This document shows positions 62,485-64,000 of a DNA stretch of 64,000 nucleotides, one piece after another; position 1 is the stretch's first letter, and every line of letters starts with the position of its first letter. Source of the DNA: Minisyncoccota bacterium (GTDB lineage: Bacteria; Patescibacteriota; Minisyncoccia; Phycocordibacterales; UBA9973). A model generated the notes under the pieces. It saw nothing but the letters and a program-made list of their open reading frames with translations. It did not search any database and was not told the origin of the DNA. Made by a program: the position numbers and the translations under genes. The DNA lies in assembly GCA_041657885.1 (NCBI GenBank), contig JBBABB010000001.1, positions 267,184-331,183 on the forward strand, written 5' to 3'.

Positions 62485-63621
62485 CTATCTCACAGGAAAA
62501 TATTCTCCTGTGAGATTCTTTGAAAGGACAAACTGATACAGCTGACTCTTTCTTGAACGGAAGGAGGCAGCGGAAGATAAAAGGTAATACTCCCACATAC
62601 GATAAAACCTTTCATCGTAATAATCGGATTTTACCTTGTCCCAATTTCTTTTGAAATTTCTATACCAAGCCATTAATGTTTTATCATAATGTCTTGGCCC
62701 AAAATTGTGAAGATCATGGATTGTAAACAACCTCTCAGATGCTTTCGCTATTTGTTTTATTGAAGGCACCATAGAATTCGGGAAGATGTACTTTCCGAGC
62801 CAAGGTTCAGAGTGTGTTACAGACTTCAATTCTCCGATAGTATGCAAGAGAAATAAACCACCATCGGCAAGAGATTTGTGAACAATTTTCATAAACTCTC
62901 TGTGGTTTTTGTAACCAACATGTTCAATCATGCCACAAACTACTATTTTGGAAAATTTCTCTTTTTCTAGGTCACGGTAATCCATTTGTATTATCGTGAC
63001 GGGTAAACCACTCGTAAAATTGCGAGCGTATTCGGCCTGTTCCGAAGAAATAGTTACGCCAGTTACCCGGCAACCATAATTCTTTGAAGCAAACTTTGCA
63101 AACCCTCCCCAGCCACAACCAATGTCTAAAACATGGTCTTCGGGGGTAAGTTTTAATTTCTGACAAATGAGATGAAGTTTTTGTTCTTGGGCTACACCAA
63201 GAGCATCAGTATTTTTAAAATATCCACATGTGTATTGATTATATGGGTCTAAAAATGATTCATATAATTCCGGGGACAAATCGTAGTGATCTCTCGCCAC
63301 TTTCGTACTCCCTGAGCGGGTTTGGGGATTGAAAAGAATAGCTCCAAGGTATGAAAACGCTATTCTCCACGGATTTATTTTTTTATCCAAATTCGCGTTT
63401 AAAATCTTCGTGAAAAACTCATCAAGTTTTTCACAATTAAACCACCCGTCCATATATGCCTCACCTAATCCAAGCGAGCCATAGCGGATGACACGGTAGT
63501 AAAGCGGAACAAGAAATTGAGGCTCAATACGGATATCCCAAGGATTTGGGCCATTGACCTCGACCCCTGAACCACTTAATAAGTGATTAATTTTATGCAA
63601 CGCTTTTTCTTCTTTCTTCAT
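62485..63621 (-). CDS. cfa: Cyclopropane-fatty-acyl-phospholipid synthase family SAM-dependent methyltransferase
   Basis: The 378 aa protein has SAM motif I VLDIGCGWGGFAKFASKNYGCRVTGVTIS and a CFA-synthase-like N-terminal and C-terminal organisation. Confidence 0.75.
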   Translation of the reverse strand: MKKEEKALHKINHLLSGSGVEVNGPNPWDIRIEPQFLVPLYYRVIRYGSLGLGEAYMDGWFNCEKLDEFFTKILNANLDKKINPWRIAFSYLGAILFNPQTRSGSTKVARDHYDLSPELYESFLDPYNQYTCGYFKNTDALGVAQEQKLHLICQKLKLTPEDHVLDIGCGWGGFAKFASKNYGCRVTGVTISSEQAEYARNFTSGLPVTIIQMDYRDLEKEKFSKIVVCGMIEHVGYKNHREFMKIVHKSLADGGLFLLHTIGELKSVTHSEPWLGKYIFPNSMVPSIKQIAKASERLFTIHDLHNFGPRHYDKTLMAWYRNFKRNWDKVKSDYYDERFYRMWEYYLLSSAASFRSRKSQLYQFVLSKNLTGEYFPVR

Positions 63622-63813
63622 ATTTTTATATTATACATTAAACCTAAAAAGAGTAAAATTATGTGCGCGTCCATTTGGGAAACCTAGTTGACAACAATTT
63701 TCACTTGTGGCACTATAGTGAAGATATTGGCTCTTTGATATTTGAGTTAAGTATTTGGTTAGTTTTCTTAGCTTCTTTAGGGAATTTAAGATAACTAACC
63801 AAAAAATAAAAAT

Positions 63814-64000
63814 ATGATACAAGCCGTTGCTTTATTAGCTGAATTGTTCTTTGGTGATTTAATGACTGAAGAACAACCCACTGTAGAAAAATACCCGAAT
63901 TTTACTAACCGAAGAGGGGAAGAGTTATCTTTGGAAGATATTATAGATGGAAGAGTAGTGACTATTGCAGAAATTACTTATCTTTTTAAAAAACCCGCAA
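63814..64000 (+). CDS. Hypothetical protein, 5' partial ORF running off the window end
   Basis: The ATG at 63814 opens a frame with no stop before the window end (MIQAVALLAELFFGDLMTEEQPTVEKYPNFTNRRGEELSLEDIIDGRVVTIAEITYLFKKP...). It is preceded by an AT-rich spacer. Confidence 0.3.
   Translation, partial: MIQAVALLAELFFGDLMTEEQPTVEKYPNFTNRRGEELSLEDIIDGRVVTIAEITYLFKKPA

Noticed and set aside
1-64000. A check of the whole window for rRNA genes, CRISPR-cas, prophage or integrase and transposase genes
   Set aside because: No rRNA-like conserved stretches, no repeat-spacer arrays of three or more units, and no integrase, transposase or phage structural signatures were seen in any frame. The only mobile DNA seen is of the MITE or palindrome type.

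Overview
This is a 64 kb window of an AT-rich (roughly one-third GC), gene-dense, mostly minus-strand bacterial chromosome. The gene content (small proteins, many secreted Cys-rich repeat proteins, compact housekeeping operons) points to a genome-reduced bacterium, possibly from the Candidate Phyla Radiation (CPR/Patescibacteria). Recognisable core genes include a division and cell-wall set (rsmH, mraZ, class B PBP, murC, murD, murE, murB, murJ, alr, an HTH-fused murA, an FtsB-like protein), several translation genes (lysS, valS, leuS, lepA, ychF, rpmG, miaA, tsaD, tsaC, greA), small-molecule and stress genes (cmk, NUDIX, CutA, Hsp20, glutaredoxin, NRAMP, SppA, UDG family 4, cfa), and tRNAs for Phe, Arg, Trp, Leu and Ala. 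The most unusual content falls into three groups. First, essential genes carry short GC-rich palindromic elements inserted in frame. One family is MITE-like with terminal inverted repeats and has copies in leuS and lepA; one leuS copy carries a DUF559 (Vsr-like) endonuclease domain as cargo. A different palindrome family splits one tRNA-Arg-like gene and encloses a second complete tRNA-Arg. Second, there is a duplicated module between 45996 and 54700 made of a large multi-zinc-ribbon Cys-rich protein and a soluble FtsK/HerA/T4CP-superfamily ATPase, with a third Cys-rich paralog inserted between murE and murD. I could not assign this module to any known system. Third, a small defence and addiction islet (HNH endonuclease plus beta-class methyltransferase, RelE/Phd, RadC, a PUR-like protein) lies next to tRNA-Ala, beside an ORF-less transcription unit that contains 45-bp direct repeats. 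A 32-36 bp perfect palindrome occurs four times; two copies bracket an ArsR-family regulator gene. All calls were made by eye from the sequence and the translations and need confirmation by homology and RNA-structure tools.
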